From: Tidjanibacter sp.
Lineage (GTDB): Bacteria; Bacteroidota; Bacteroidia; Bacteroidales; Rikenellaceae
Direction: 5' to 3'
Assembly: GCA_017390585.1 (NCBI GenBank)
Contig: JAFPBB010000042.1
Coordinates: 5,923 to 69,922, forward strand
DNA: 64,000 nt
Shown: piece after piece, positions 9,086 through 18,962 of the stretch
Position numbering within the stretch: position 1 is the stretch's first letter
How the letters are laid out: each line of letters opens with the position of its first letter
The notes under the pieces: generated by a model
Database searches by the model: none
Seen by the model: the letters and a program-made list of their open reading frames with translations, nothing else
Told to the model about the DNA's origin: nothing
Program-made: the position numbers and the translations under genes

Positions 9086-11905
9086 CTATGCACCAACTAT
9101 CTCGGCGAGGAAACGGCCCGTGTGACTGCGCTCAATGCGTGCCACCTGCTCGGGTGTGCCTTCGGCAATGACTTCGCCGCCGGCCTCACCTCCCTCGGGA
9201 CCCATATCGATAATCCAATCGGCACATTTGATGACGTCGAGATTGTGCTCAATGATAACCACACTATTGCCGCGCTCGATGAGCTTGCCGAATACGGCGA
9301 GCAGCTGGCGGATATCTTCGAAGTGGAGACCCGTGGTGGGCTCGTCGAATATATAAAGGGTGTTGCCCGTGTCGCGCTTGGCGAGTTCTGCGGCGAGTTT
9401 TATGCGCTGACTCTCACCTCCCGAGAGGGTGGTGCAGCTCTGGCCGAGCTTCAGGTAGCCGAGGCCAACCTCCTTGATGGCTCGGAGTTTAGTGTATATC
9501 TTGGGGATCGATTCGAAAAATTCGACGGCTTGATTGATGGTCATCTCCAGCACCTCGTCGATGTTCTTGCCCTTGTATTTCACCTCGAGTGTCTCTCGGT
9601 TGTAGCGGTGGCCACCACAGGCCTTGCAGGTGACGTAGACGTCGGGCAGGAAGTTCATCTCTATGGTCTGCACGCCGGCTCCCTTGCACTCCTCACATCT
9701 GCCGCCCTTGACATTGAACGAGAAACGACCTGCACCGAAACCGCGTACTTGTGCGTCGGGGGTCTTCTCAAAGAGCTTGCGGATGTCGGCAAAGACACCA
9801 GAATAGGTTGCGGGATTGCTCCTCGGGGTGCGTCCGATGGGGCTTTGATCCACAACGACGAGCTTGTCGATATTTTCCACTCCTTCGACAGTGTCGAAGG
9901 GGAGCGCTTGGTCAAAGGAGTTGTGGAGTGTGCGGCTGAGGTGGGGGCGGAGGGTCTCATTTATGAGCGACGATTTGCCACTGCCGCTCACACCTGTGAC
10001 GCACACCATCATTCCGAGTGGTATGTCCACCGAAACACTCCTCAAGTTGTTGCCCCTTGCACCCACAATTCGGAGCGATTTGCCGTTGCCGATGCTGCGA
10101 TGTGGGGGAATTGCAATGGTGCGTCTGCCCGAGAGGTAGTCGGCGGTGAGCGACTCCGCCTTCACAATGTCATCAAACGTTCCCTCGGCCACGACTCTAC
10201 CACCTTTGCGGCCCGCCAGAGGTCCCATATCCACAATCCAATCTGCCGAACGCATCATCTCCTCGTCGTGCTCCACCACAATGACGCTGTTGCCCTCGTC
10301 GCGGAGGTTCTTGAGGCTGTCGATGAGGCGGCGATTGTCCCTCTGGTGGAGGCCGATGCTCGGCTCGTCGAGAATGTAGAGAACATTGACAAGCTTTGAG
10401 CCGACCTGTGTGGCGAGTCTAATGCGCTGGCTCTCACCACCCGAGAGCGAACGGGATGGACGACTGAGCGAAAGATAGCCCAGACCAACATCCACGAGGA
10501 AGCCGAAGCGGTCGCCAATCTCTTTCAGGATTTCGCGAGCAATGGCCCTCTCCTTTGTGGTCATCTGCTCGGGTATGGCCGCAATCCACTCGCCGAGTCG
10601 CTCGATGCTCATATCGCTCACCTCGGCAATGTTCTTGCCCGCTATGCGGAAATAGAGAGCGTCGCTCTTGAGCCTTGTTCCTCCACAGACGCTACAGGGT
10701 TTGTGCTCGATGAACTGCCCGAGCCACTTGGCTCCTGTGCCGCGAGTGCCCTCCTCGGTGTTGCTCTCCAAGTATTGGGTCACACCCTGCCACGAGGTCA
10801 TCTGCACGCTGCCGTGTCCACCCACATCAATAGCCACCGGTTCGGGATCGCCATTGATGATTGCAGCCAAGGCCTCCTCGGAGAGTGATCCCACGGGGTC
10901 CTCTATGGTGAAATCGTATCTGCGTCCGAGCGCGCTCATAACGGCCAAAAACCAGCGGCTACGCATCTTGTAGAGGGGTGCGATGGCGCCGTCGGCTATG
11001 GATAGTGTGGGGTCGGGGAGTAGCTTCTTGCGGTCGAACATTGCCTCCTCGCCTATGCCACCGCAGTGAGGACAAGCTCCCTGGGGCGAGTTGAAGGAGA
11101 ATGTGTGTGGGGCAGGCTCGTTGAACGATAGACCCGTGGTGGGGCACATCAGATGGCGCGAGTAGTAGCGTGCGGTGTTGGTGCCATAGTCGTAGACGAG
11201 CATCGTACCCTTGCCCTGACGCATAGCCTCCTTGAGGCTCTTGGTGAGCCTGTCGCGTCCACTCTCGCCCACGATGATGCGGTCCACAACGAGTTCGATG
11301 GTGTGGGTTTTGTAGCGGTCGAGTTTCATCCCCGAGGTTATCTCCACAACCTCACCATCCACTCTCGCGTGGATGAATCCGCGCTTGATGAAACCCTCGA
11401 AGAGCTCGCGATAGTGACCCTTGCGGCCCTTGATTACGGGTGCCAGGAGGGCTATTTTGTGGCCTGCAAAATTCTCCTCAATGAGGGCGATGATCTGTTC
11501 GTCGGTGTAGTGAACCATCTCTTCGCCGGTGGCGGGAGAGTAGGCACGCGAGGCACGCGCGTAGAGCAATCGCAGGAAGTCGTTGATTTCGGTCACGGTA
11601 CCCACAGTCGAGCGAGGATTCTTGTTGGTGGTCTTTTGCTCAATGGCCACCACGGGACTGAGGCCCTCGATCTTGTCCACATCGGGGCGCTCCATTGAGC
11701 CCACAAATTGGCGTGCGTAGGAGGATAGCGTCTCCATATAGCGCCTCTGACCCTCGGCATAGATGGTGTCGAAGGCAAGCGACGACTTGCCGCTGCCCGA
11801 GAGGCCCGTTACCACCACGAGGCTCTCTCGCGGAATCTCGAGGTCGACATTCTGGAGATTGTTGACCCTCGCGCCCGTAATGACTATTTTCTCTTGCTCT
11901 TTCAT
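9086..11905 (-). CDS. uvrA: Excinuclease ABC subunit A (copy 1; start at ATG 11905)
   Basis: Two ABC ATPase modules ([34 protein letters not shown]) and CxxC zinc modules. Confidence 0.96.
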   Translation of the reverse strand: MKEQEKIVITGARVNNLQNVDLEIPRESLVVVTGLSGSGKSSLAFDTIYAEGQRRYMETLSSYARQFVGSMERPDVDKIEGLSPVVAIEQKTTNKNPRSTVGTVTEINDFLRLLYARASRAYSPATGEEMVHYTDEQIIALIEENFAGHKIALLAPVIKGRKGHYRELFEGFIKRGFIHARVDGEVVEITSGMKLDRYKTHTIELVVDRIIVGESGRDRLTKSLKEAMRQGKGTMLVYDYGTNTARYYSRHLMCPTTGLSFNEPAPHTFSFNSPQGACPHCGGIGEEAMFDRKKLLPDPTLSIADGAIAPLYKMRSRWFLAVMSALGRRYDFTIEDPVGSLSEEALAAIINGDPEPVAIDVGGHGSVQMTSWQGVTQYLESNTEEGTRGTGAKWLGQFIEHKPCSVCGGTRLKSDALYFRIAGKNIAEVSDMSIERLGEWIAAIPEQMTTKERAIAREILKEIGDRFGFLVDVGLGYLSLSRPSRSLSGGESQRIRLATQVGSKLVNVLYILDEPSIGLHQRDNRRLIDSLKNLRDEGNSVIVVEHDEEMMRSADWIVDMGPLAGRKGGRVVAEGTFDDIVKAESLTADYLSGRRTIAIPPHRSIGNGKSLRIVGARGNNLRSVSVDIPLGMMVCVTGVSGSGKSSLINETLRPHLSRTLHNSFDQALPFDTVEGVENIDKLVVVDQSPIGRTPRSNPATYSGVFADIRKLFEKTPDAQVRGFGAGRFSFNVKGGRCEECKGAGVQTIEMNFLPDVYVTCKACGGHRYNRETLEVKYKGKNIDEVLEMTINQAVEFFESIPKIYTKLRAIKEVGLGYLKLGQSCTTLSGGESQRIKLAAELAKRDTGNTLYIFDEPTTGLHFEDIRQLLAVFGKLIERGNSVVIIEHNLDVIKCADWIIDMGPEGGEAGGEVIAEGTPEQVARIERSHTGRFLAEIVGA

Positions 11906-12660
11906 CGAATTGTAAATTGGTCGGCGTCCTGCCAAGCTCTGAACTTCTCTCTAAATGTGGCTGCCTTGGAGGGCTCAATCTCCACAATCGTCACACCCTC
12001 ACCCTCGCCACAATCTGCAATGCGGTGGCCGAGGAAGTCGTAGAGGGTGGAGTGGCCGCAGTAGGGGGCTCCCTTGTGGTCGGTGCCCACGCGATTGACA
12101 CCCGCCACCCACGCTTGGTTCTCAATGGCCCTTGCGGGGAGGAGCGTATCCCACGCTCCGATGCGGCTTGCCGGCCACGAGGCTGAGTAGATTATGAGGT
12201 CGACCTCGCCCGGGAGATAGCTCCACACGGGGAAGCGAAGGTCGTAGCATACCAGAGGAAGGATTCTCAATCCCAGCCACTCCACCACCACGCGCTCGCG
12301 TCCAGCCGAGAAGGTGTGGTGCTCACCCGCGAATGTGAAAAGGTGGCGCTTGTCGTAGTAGCAGCTGGTGCCGTCGGGTAGGCATACATACATTCTATTG
12401 TAATAGGCACCCCGTTCGCGCACAGCTACCGTGCCAACAATGGCGCAGGAGTGGTTGCGAGCGTAGCTATCCATCCAGCGGAATGTGGCTCCGTCGGAAG
12501 CCTCGGCGATGGCCTCGGCCTCGACGTCGTAGCCCGTGGCGAACATCTCGGGAAGTATGGCAAGGTCGCATTCGACCCCATCAAGCAGGCGTTCGATGGT
12601 GGCTATATTGGCCTCGCGATTGCGGGCAATGGTGTCGAATTGGATGAGTGCAATCCTCAT
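11902..12660 (-). CDS. Nitrilase-family amidohydrolase (omega-amidase/YafV-like)
   Basis: Glu-Lys-Cys triad motifs [20 protein letters not shown]; stop overlaps the uvrA start (ATGA). Confidence 0.88.
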   Translation of the reverse strand: MRIALIQFDTIARNREANIATIERLLDGVECDLAILPEMFATGYDVEAEAIAEASDGATFRWMDSYARNHSCAIVGTVAVRERGAYYNRMYVCLPDGTSCYYDKRHLFTFAGEHHTFSAGRERVVVEWLGLRILPLVCYDLRFPVWSYLPGEVDLIIYSASWPASRIGAWDTLLPARAIENQAWVAGVNRVGTDHKGAPYCGHSTLYDFLGHRIADCGEGEGVTIVEIEPSKAATFREKFRAWQDADQFTIR

Positions 12661-12750
12661 TGTGAATTTTATTTTTTGCAAAAATAACGATTTCTCGCGA
12701 CAAAGCCCTATTTTTGCGGAAATTTAAGAACAATTTCACACCGTTATATT

Positions 12751-13590
12751 ATGCTCAACGCAGGAGAATATCAATCTCTAAGAATCGCACGCATCGCCGA
12801 CCCCGGCATTTATCTCTCCGATGAGGAGGGTGGGGAGGTGTTGCTGCCCAACCGCTATGTATCGCTTGCCGACCACGTGGGTGACCTCGTGGAGGTCTTT
12901 GTATACCACGATTCGGAGAATCGACTCATCGCCACTCGCGAGAAACCATTTGCCACTGTGGGTGAGGCTGCTGTGCTCGAAGCTGTGGACCGCAATGCCC
13001 ACGGCGTATTCCTTGCGTGGGGTATCACTGCCAAAGATTTGTTTATGCCCAATAGGAACGTGCCCTTTGAGGTGCAGATGGGGGGTAGATATCTGGTCTA
13101 CCTCTACAGGGATTCGCTGACGGGGCGTGTGGTGGCAACAACCAAACTCAATAAGTATGTCTCCAATGCGGAGATTACGGTCCGTCCCAAAGAGCAGGTG
13201 GACATTCTCGTGGCACGCCGTATGGAGATGGGATATAGGGTTGTGATCAACAACCGCCATTGGGGTATGATCTACAACGATCAGATTTTTACGTCCGTGA
13301 GGGTGGGTGACAAACTCACCGGATATGTGCATCGCATCAGCGATGAGGGGCGCATCGACATTATGCTTCAGCAGGAGGGGCGTGAGCAGCGCGAGGGTGC
13401 TGCAACCAAACTCCTCGAACTGCTTGTGGCCGCCGGCGGAGAGTTGAAAATTGGAGATAAATCCTCGCCCGAGGAGATTGCAGCCGTCACGGGGTTGAGC
13501 AAGAAGAACTTCAAGAAGGCTGTGGGTACTCTCTATCGCGAGAGGCGTATTGTCCCCACCGACACGACCATCACCCTTGTGAAAAAGTAG
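12751..13590 (+). CDS. S1-domain RNA-binding protein (CvfB family)
   Basis: GEVLLP, VFVYHDSENRLIAT, C-terminal DKSSPEEI...SKKNFKKAVGTLY winged helix. Confidence 0.85.
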   Translation: MLNAGEYQSLRIARIADPGIYLSDEEGGEVLLPNRYVSLADHVGDLVEVFVYHDSENRLIATREKPFATVGEAAVLEAVDRNAHGVFLAWGITAKDLFMPNRNVPFEVQMGGRYLVYLYRDSLTGRVVATTKLNKYVSNAEITVRPKEQVDILVARRMEMGYRVVINNRHWGMIYNDQIFTSVRVGDKLTGYVHRISDEGRIDIMLQQEGREQREGAATKLLELLVAAGGELKIGDKSSPEEIAAVTGLSKKNFKKAVGTLYRERRIVPTDTTITLVKK

Positions 13591-13593
13591 CCT

Positions 13594-14370
13594 ATGGCAG
13601 TGGGACAGACTGCCGAGCGAGTCTCGCAGAGAGATGCCTCGGATAACTATGTTTTCCAACGCTCGCTGTTGGCATATCTCTATGCCGCAGGTCGGGTTGG
13701 TGGCAAAGTGTTGGAAATAGGTACGGGTAGTGGCTATGGCGTGGAGGTGATTGCCCCCTCGGCGGAGCATTTCCTCACGGTGGATAAGCACCAACCTCCG
13801 CAGGAACTTTTGGGTGCACACCCCAATGTAGAGTTCCGCCAAATGGTGGTGCCTCCGCTTGCGGGCATTGCGGATGAGAGTGTCGATTGGGTTATCTCAT
13901 TCCAGGTTATCGAACATATTCGCAACGATAAAGAGTTTGTGGCGGAGGTGAAGAGGGTCTTGAAAAGGGGCGGTGGTTTTATTGTATCCACCCCCAATCG
14001 CCCGATGTCGCTCACGCGCAACCCCTGGCACGTCAGGGAGTACAGTGCCGAAGAGTTTGCCACTCTGTTGGAGGGTGAGTTTGGGAGAGTCGAGAGACTT
14101 GGCGTGGAGGGTAATGCCAAGGTGTGGGAATACTATGAGAAAAACCGAGCCGGCGTGGAGCGCATTGCTCGATACGATGTTTTCGATTTCCAGCACCGCT
14201 TGCCGAGGTGGATGTTGCAGATTCCCTACGATGTGCTCAATCGCATAAATCGTCGCAGATTACTCCGCAGCAATACGGCCCTGACTGAGGGAATCACCAC
14301 GGAGGATTACTCTGTTGTGGAGGTTCATCCCAAGTGTTTCGACCTCATCTACGTTGCCCACAAGGATTGA
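13594..14370 (+). CDS. Class I SAM-dependent methyltransferase
   Basis: VLEIGTGSGYG, SFQVIEHI, STPN, NPWHVREY. Confidence 0.85.
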   Translation: MAVGQTAERVSQRDASDNYVFQRSLLAYLYAAGRVGGKVLEIGTGSGYGVEVIAPSAEHFLTVDKHQPPQELLGAHPNVEFRQMVVPPLAGIADESVDWVISFQVIEHIRNDKEFVAEVKRVLKRGGGFIVSTPNRPMSLTRNPWHVREYSAEEFATLLEGEFGRVERLGVEGNAKVWEYYEKNRAGVERIARYDVFDFQHRLPRWMLQIPYDVLNRINRRRLLRSNTALTEGITTEDYSVVEVHPKCFDLIYVAHKD

Positions 14371-14441
14371 TGTTGCGGGGGTGAAGCGAGTGCCGAGCGG
14401 AAAAAATAAATGTTGTTGAAAGTGTGGAATTTGCAAAAATG

Positions 14442-14472
14442 TTTGCGGATTCCAAAAATGTTTGTATATTTG
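14442..14472 (+). promoter_or_regulatory. Bacteroidetes housekeeping promoter for DUF177-rpmF-plsX
   Basis: TTTG (14442-14445), 19 nt spacer, TATATTTG (14465-14472). Confidence 0.7.
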
Positions 14473-14492
14473 CGGGCTATTTTGAGGCAATT

Positions 14493-15053
14493 ATGGACAC
14501 ACTGAGAGATTTTAGCATTCCGTTTAAGGGTCTAAAGGCTGGTGAACACGAGTTTGAATTTCAGCTGAATAGAGCATTTTTGGATGCAATTGGTGATGAG
14601 GAACTCGTTGACGTAGACGTGGTTGCGTATGTGACTATGACAAAGGCGGCTTCGATGTTGACCTTCGATATCGAACTCGATGGCACGGCAATTGTGGAGT
14701 GTGATAGATGTCTCGAGGAACTCAGTTTTCCTGTGGATGCAGGAGATACGCTCTACGTTAAATTTAGCGAAGAGGAGTATGAGTTCGATGGCGAGGTGAT
14801 GTGGCTCAATCCCGCAGATGACCAAATTAATCTTGCGGATTACATCTACGAGACCCTCCTGCTCGCGTTGCCCTATCAGAGGGTGCACGAGAATATTGAG
14901 GATTGTAACCAAGATATGGTGGCAAGATTTCAGGTGGTGACCGAGGAGGAGTTTGAGGAGATGACGCAGCCCAACGAATCGAGCCTCGCGGGAGGAGACA
15001 ACGGAGCAATGCTCGCGGCCCTCAAAAGCAAACTTGAAGAAGAAGAGAAATAA
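14493..15053 (+). CDS. DUF177/YceD family protein (start at ATG 14493)
   Basis: ECDRCL motif, acidic composition, directly upstream of rpmF. Confidence 0.85.
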   Translation: MDTLRDFSIPFKGLKAGEHEFEFQLNRAFLDAIGDEELVDVDVVAYVTMTKAASMLTFDIELDGTAIVECDRCLEELSFPVDAGDTLYVKFSEEEYEFDGEVMWLNPADDQINLADYIYETLLLALPYQRVHENIEDCNQDMVARFQVVTEEEFEEMTQPNESSLAGGDNGAMLAALKSKLEEEEK

Positions 15054-15086
15054 AGAAAATAAATAACTCATAAAAATAACACAATT

Positions 15087-15269
15087 ATGGCACATCCTAA
15101 ACACAAAGTTTCCTCGACCAGAAGAGACAAACGCAGAACTCACTACGTTGCAGCCGTTCCTACCGTAGCAGTATGCTCCAACTGCGGCTCGCCCGTTCAG
15201 TACCACCGTGTATGCCCCGAGTGTGGTTTCTACCGTGGTAAACTCGCAATCGAGAAAAAAGCTGAGTAA
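15087..15269 (+). CDS. rpmF: 50S ribosomal protein L32
   Basis: MAHPKHKVSSTRRDKRRTH, CSNCG...HRVCPECGFYRG. Confidence 0.96.
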   Translation: MAHPKHKVSSTRRDKRRTHYVAAVPTVAVCSNCGSPVQYHRVCPECGFYRGKLAIEKKAE

Positions 15270-15288
15270 GCTCAAATAAATCTCATCG

Positions 15289-16263
15289 ATGCGCAATCTT
15301 CGCATAGGTATCGATGCAATGGGTGGTGATTTCGCCCCCAGCGCGGTCATCAAAGGTGTGGTTGAAGCGATTCCAATGCTCGATTCAACTACCCAAGTGG
15401 TTCTTTTTGGCGACAAAGAGGCCATTGAGAGGTGCTTGAAGGAGGAAGGTTACGAGGGAGATAGGATTGAGATAGTGGCCACCACAGAGGTGATTACTAT
15501 GAACGACCACCCCGCAAAAGCCTTCCAATCCAAGCCCGACTCGAGCATCCGCAAAAGCTACGAGTACCTTAAGGCAGGTAAGATTGATGGCATCGCAAGT
15601 GCCGGCTCGACCGGTGCGATGATGGCAGGCGCAATGTTTACTGTGGGCACCACCGAAGGTGTGATTAGGCCCGCAGTATCGGCCCCCATCGCAAACGTCA
15701 GAGGAGGCTATACGCTGATTATCGACGTAGGCCTCAATGTGGATTGCAAACCCGAAGTGCTTCACCAGTATGGCATTATGGGTAGTATCTATGCCAAGGA
15801 CCTCTGGAAACTCGAGGCTCCTCGCGTGGGACTGCTCAACATCGGAGAGGAGGAAAGCAAAGGTAATGCAGCAGCAAAAGCTGCTTACGCAATGCTCGCC
15901 GAAGAGAAGGAGATCAATTTCGTTGGCAACATCGAGGGTAAGGATTTCTTCTTGGGTAAGGCCGATGTGATTGTATGCGACGGTTTTATGGGTAATGTAT
16001 TGCTGAAACTCTCCGAGAGTTTGAGGTATATTGCCGCCGCTCGCAAGGTGGAAGACAAGTTCTTCGATAGTCTCAACTATGAGATTACGGGTGGTACTCC
16101 TGCGCTCGGTGTGAATGGAGTGGTCATCGTTGGCCACGGCAGTTCCACGGTGTTGGCGCTGAAGAATATGGTCCTCCAGACCGAGCTCAGCATCAAGGCA
16201 GGCTATGCCGAGGATATCCGCAAGGCGTTTGCACAGAGAGTAACAACTACTGCCGAAGTATAG
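15289..16263 (+). CDS. plsX: Phosphate acyltransferase PlsX
   Basis: IDAMGGDFAP, SAGSTGA, GLLNIGEEESKG, VCDGFMGN. Confidence 0.94.
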   Translation: MRNLRIGIDAMGGDFAPSAVIKGVVEAIPMLDSTTQVVLFGDKEAIERCLKEEGYEGDRIEIVATTEVITMNDHPAKAFQSKPDSSIRKSYEYLKAGKIDGIASAGSTGAMMAGAMFTVGTTEGVIRPAVSAPIANVRGGYTLIIDVGLNVDCKPEVLHQYGIMGSIYAKDLWKLEAPRVGLLNIGEEESKGNAAAKAAYAMLAEEKEINFVGNIEGKDFFLGKADVIVCDGFMGNVLLKLSESLRYIAAARKVEDKFFDSLNYEITGGTPALGVNGVVIVGHGSSTVLALKNMVLQTELSIKAGYAEDIRKAFAQRVTTTAEV

Positions 16264-16293
16264 GCACACGGTCTTGGAAGTGAAGACCACAAT

Positions 16294-16368
16294 GGTTCCA
16301 TAGTTCAACGGATAGAACGACAGTTTCCTAAACTGTAAATCTGGGTTCGATTCCCGGTGGGACTACCA
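16294..16368 (+). tRNA. tRNA-Arg (anticodon CCT)
   Basis: Acceptor stem GGTTCCA/TGGGACT, anticodon arm ACAGT-TTCCTAA-ACTGT, GTTCGAT T-loop, encoded CCA. Confidence 0.93.
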
Positions 16369-16390
16369 AATGACGTGCAACGCGTCATCT

Positions 16391-16461
16391 TGAGCCATGG
16401 TGTAATGGTAACACTGCAGATTTTGGTTCTGTCATTCTGAGTTCGAGTCTCGGTGGCTCAA
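16391..16461 (+). tRNA. tRNA-Gln (anticodon TTG)
   Basis: Acceptor stem TGAGCCA/TGGCTCA, anticodon arm GCAGA-TTTTGGT-TCTGT, GTTCGAG T-loop. Confidence 0.93.
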
Positions 16462-16464
16462 CAG

Positions 16465-16510
16465 CATTCGGGAGAGTTTTCTTGAAAGAGACTCTCCCGA
16501 ATGTGTTTTT
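16465..16510 (+). terminator. Intrinsic terminator after the tRNAs
   Basis: CATTCGGGAGAGTTTTC-loop-GAGACTCTCCCGAATG followed by TGTTTTT. Confidence 0.75.
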
Positions 16511-16558
16511 GTGAGGATGGGCCGAGTAGGTTGCTTATTTGTGGCACCATATAATAAT

Positions 16559-16588
16559 AGAGCCACCGACGTAAATGTCGGTGGCTCT
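16559..16588 (-). terminator. Hairpin downstream of glsA
   Basis: AGAGCCACCGAC-gtaaat-GTCGGTGGCTCT. Confidence 0.65.
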
Positions 16589-16611
16589 CCTATTTCTATC
16601 CTATAGTTCTA

Positions 16612-17526
16612 TTAGAAAATCGATTCCTTGGTCTCCGAGGTGAAAAGCTCCAGAGCTTTCAAACCCATCACCGAGTTGCCTTTGGCATTGAGGCGAGGGC
16701 TCCACACCGCAACGGAGTAGAGCAGGGGGTAAATGGCCACGATACCGCCTCCTACACCACTCTTGCCGGGAAGGCCCACGAGGTAGCTGAATTCACCGGC
16801 CTCGTCGTAGAATCCGCAGGTCTGCATAATGGCATTGATGCGTTTCACTTGCGAGGCTGTGAGGGTGATGCCTGCGTAGTCGAACTTACGTCGGTGGTTG
16901 GCAAAAGCAAGGAATGCTTGGGACAACTCTCGGCAGCTCATCTCAATCGAGCACATCAGGAAGTAGAACTGGAGAACACTCTCGATGTTGTTCTCAATAT
17001 TGTTGTTGTACTTAAGCAGATTGACGATGGCTGCATTGAGGTAGCCATTCTCACGTTCCGATGCGGCAACCTCTCGGTTGTACTCAATGGAGTCGTTGCC
17101 AGATACGGCTCTCACAAAGCTCAGGAACTCCTCCTCGGGATTGGTGAGCTCGGAGAGCAGAATGTCGGCCATAACGATGGCTCCCGAATTGAGAAAAGGA
17201 TTGCGTGGAATGCCTCGTTCAATCTCCAACTGCACAAGCGAGTTGAAAGCCGTACCCGAAGGCTCTTTGCCAATTCTTTTCCAAAGTTCGTCTCCCTTGA
17301 GTGACAAGCACATAGCCAACGAAAACACTTTGGAAATACTCTGGATGGAGAATCGTGTGTCGGCCTTTTCAATTGCGGCAGTTTCGCCATAGATAGTGTG
17401 GATACACATACCGAATTGGTCGGGATCCACCTTTGCCAATTCTGGGATATAAGTTGCTTGTTTACCCTCCTTTGCGTGAGGCTGGATTGACTTGTAGATA
17501 TCTTCGATTATCTGTTGATAGTCCAT
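16612..17526 (-). CDS. glsA: Glutaminase (start at ATG 17526)
   Basis: YIPELAK, FSIQSISK, EPSG..FNS, NP.LNSGA, GLPGKSGVGGG. Confidence 0.93.
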   Translation of the reverse strand: MDYQQIIEDIYKSIQPHAKEGKQATYIPELAKVDPDQFGMCIHTIYGETAAIEKADTRFSIQSISKVFSLAMCLSLKGDELWKRIGKEPSGTAFNSLVQLEIERGIPRNPFLNSGAIVMADILLSELTNPEEEFLSFVRAVSGNDSIEYNREVAASERENGYLNAAIVNLLKYNNNIENNIESVLQFYFLMCSIEMSCRELSQAFLAFANHRRKFDYAGITLTASQVKRINAIMQTCGFYDEAGEFSYLVGLPGKSGVGGGIVAIYPLLYSVAVWSPRLNAKGNSVMGLKALELFTSETKESIF

Positions 17527-17582
17527 ATCTGCGTCATTATTGTGGTTAAAAAATGGCAGAAACTTGTCTGCCATTTATCTGA

Positions 17583-17804
17583 TTAATACTCTTCCTCGTT
17601 AAACAGAAAATCCTCTTTGCTGGGATAATCGGGCCATACGTCCTCGATGCTCTCATAAACATCTCCTTCGTCCTCAATCTCCTCAAGGTTCTCGATAACC
17701 TCCATAGGGAGGCCGCTACGAACTGCATAGTCGATAAGTTCCTCTTTAGTTGCGGGCCAAGGTGCATCCTCGAGCTTCGATGCCAATTCAAGTGTCCAAT
17801 ACAT
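17583..17804 (-). CDS. DUF2795 family small acidic protein
   Basis: MYWTLELASKLEDAPWPATKEELIDYA, a sequence I recognise as conserved in Bacteroidetes. Confidence 0.85.
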   Translation of the reverse strand: MYWTLELASKLEDAPWPATKEELIDYAVRSGLPMEVIENLEEIEDEGDVYESIEDVWPDYPSKEDFLFNEEEY

Positions 17805-17893
17805 AAAATTCTGAATTTTAAGTAGTTGTGCTTATTATAGTGTTAATTCGGTCTGCAAAAGTATAAAAAAAACGGATAACTGCAATAGCTTAT

Positions 17894-18445
17894 CTATCCT
17901 ACCCACAATTTTTCTTCCTTACCAAGCCTTTGTGCGCAGTGTTGGGAGAGGGTGTAGAGCAGGTCCGAAAGTCGGTTAATATACCCCATAACACGCTCAT
18001 CCACAGGGTGTCGTTCGGCTACTATGAGGATTTGGCGCTCGGCCCTGCGACACACGGTGCGGCAAATGTGGCATTGTGAAATTAGGCGATCTCCTCCAGG
18101 AATTGTGAACCCTCTGAATGGTGGCAATGTCTCGGACATCTGGTCGATTCTGCTCTCCAGCCACTCGATCTGGCTCTGGTCAATAGCGCCTATATTGCCG
18201 GTGAAGCTCTCGGATAGGGCAAGTTGCGCCTCCACGGTCATAAGTTCCACTGCCACTCTGTTGAGCATCTCGACAATATCCACAAACTCTTCCTCCGATG
18301 CAAAATCGGTTAGGAGTGCAATGTGGGCTGCCAGCTCATCGACAGTGCCGTATGCCTCCACGCGAGGGTCATTTTTGGCCACTCGCTCACCGCCAATGAG
18401 CGATGTGGTGCCCTTGTCTCCGCTGCGGGTGTAGATTCGTGCCAT
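17894..18445 (-). CDS. Cob(I)alamin adenosyltransferase, PduO type
   Basis: IYTRSGDKGTTSL, EAYGTVDEL, RTVCRRAER, NRLSD. Confidence 0.9.
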   Translation of the reverse strand: MARIYTRSGDKGTTSLIGGERVAKNDPRVEAYGTVDELAAHIALLTDFASEEEFVDIVEMLNRVAVELMTVEAQLALSESFTGNIGAIDQSQIEWLESRIDQMSETLPPFRGFTIPGGDRLISQCHICRTVCRRAERQILIVAERHPVDERVMGYINRLSDLLYTLSQHCAQRLGKEEKLWVG

Positions 18446-18455
18446 TGTTATCTCG

Positions 18456-18920
18456 TTATATTACAATATGTTGCTTGGTTAATCCGGCTGCATTAAATAG
18501 TAGTGTCATTTGCAGATTGGAGGCGCTCATAGAGTGGTGTTTCTCGGCCAAAACTCTGCACTCTCTTCTTCTCTGGCAGTTGAATGCACTATGGAGCAGC
18601 ACCAATGTGGAAGAGTTTGCCGTGGCCGAGGCCATCATCTGTTCTACCAATTCGATGGGGCAATGTTCTGTGGCGACAAGTAGCGACCTACAATCCGCGC
18701 AACCGTCGATGGCCCAACTCTCAAAATCTTCCAATTTACATAGGTTTTGCAATCTTATGGCTGTGCGCCGGCCCACTCCTTTCTCTCGTAGTTCCTCGAA
18801 GAGGTCGCGCTGGGTGCCGTTGATTTTGCGGAGCATAAGCCCCTCGCGGATAATCCTATAGAGGTAGGGCGAATGAATCCCGTAGCCCCTACGGTGGCGG
18901 AGGTGTTTGTCGAGCCACAT
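18456..18920 (-). CDS. Hypothetical protein with a GxGxHSP(F/Y)xY N-terminal motif
   Basis: Fills the gap in a tightly packed minus-strand run; RRGYGIHSPYLY motif. Confidence 0.6.
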   Translation of the reverse strand: MWLDKHLRHRRGYGIHSPYLYRIIREGLMLRKINGTQRDLFEELREKGVGRRTAIRLQNLCKLEDFESWAIDGCADCRSLLVATEHCPIELVEQMMASATANSSTLVLLHSAFNCQRRRECRVLAEKHHSMSASNLQMTLLFNAAGLTKQHIVI

Positions 18921-18962
18921 AGTTGCTTGCTTGACACCGTTAGACAGCTTTACTTTTGTGGC

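Noticed and set aside
16294-17600. Genomic island inserted at the tRNA-Arg/tRNA-Gln pair
   Set aside because: No integrase, no duplicated tRNA 3' end was seen, and the downstream genes are ordinary.
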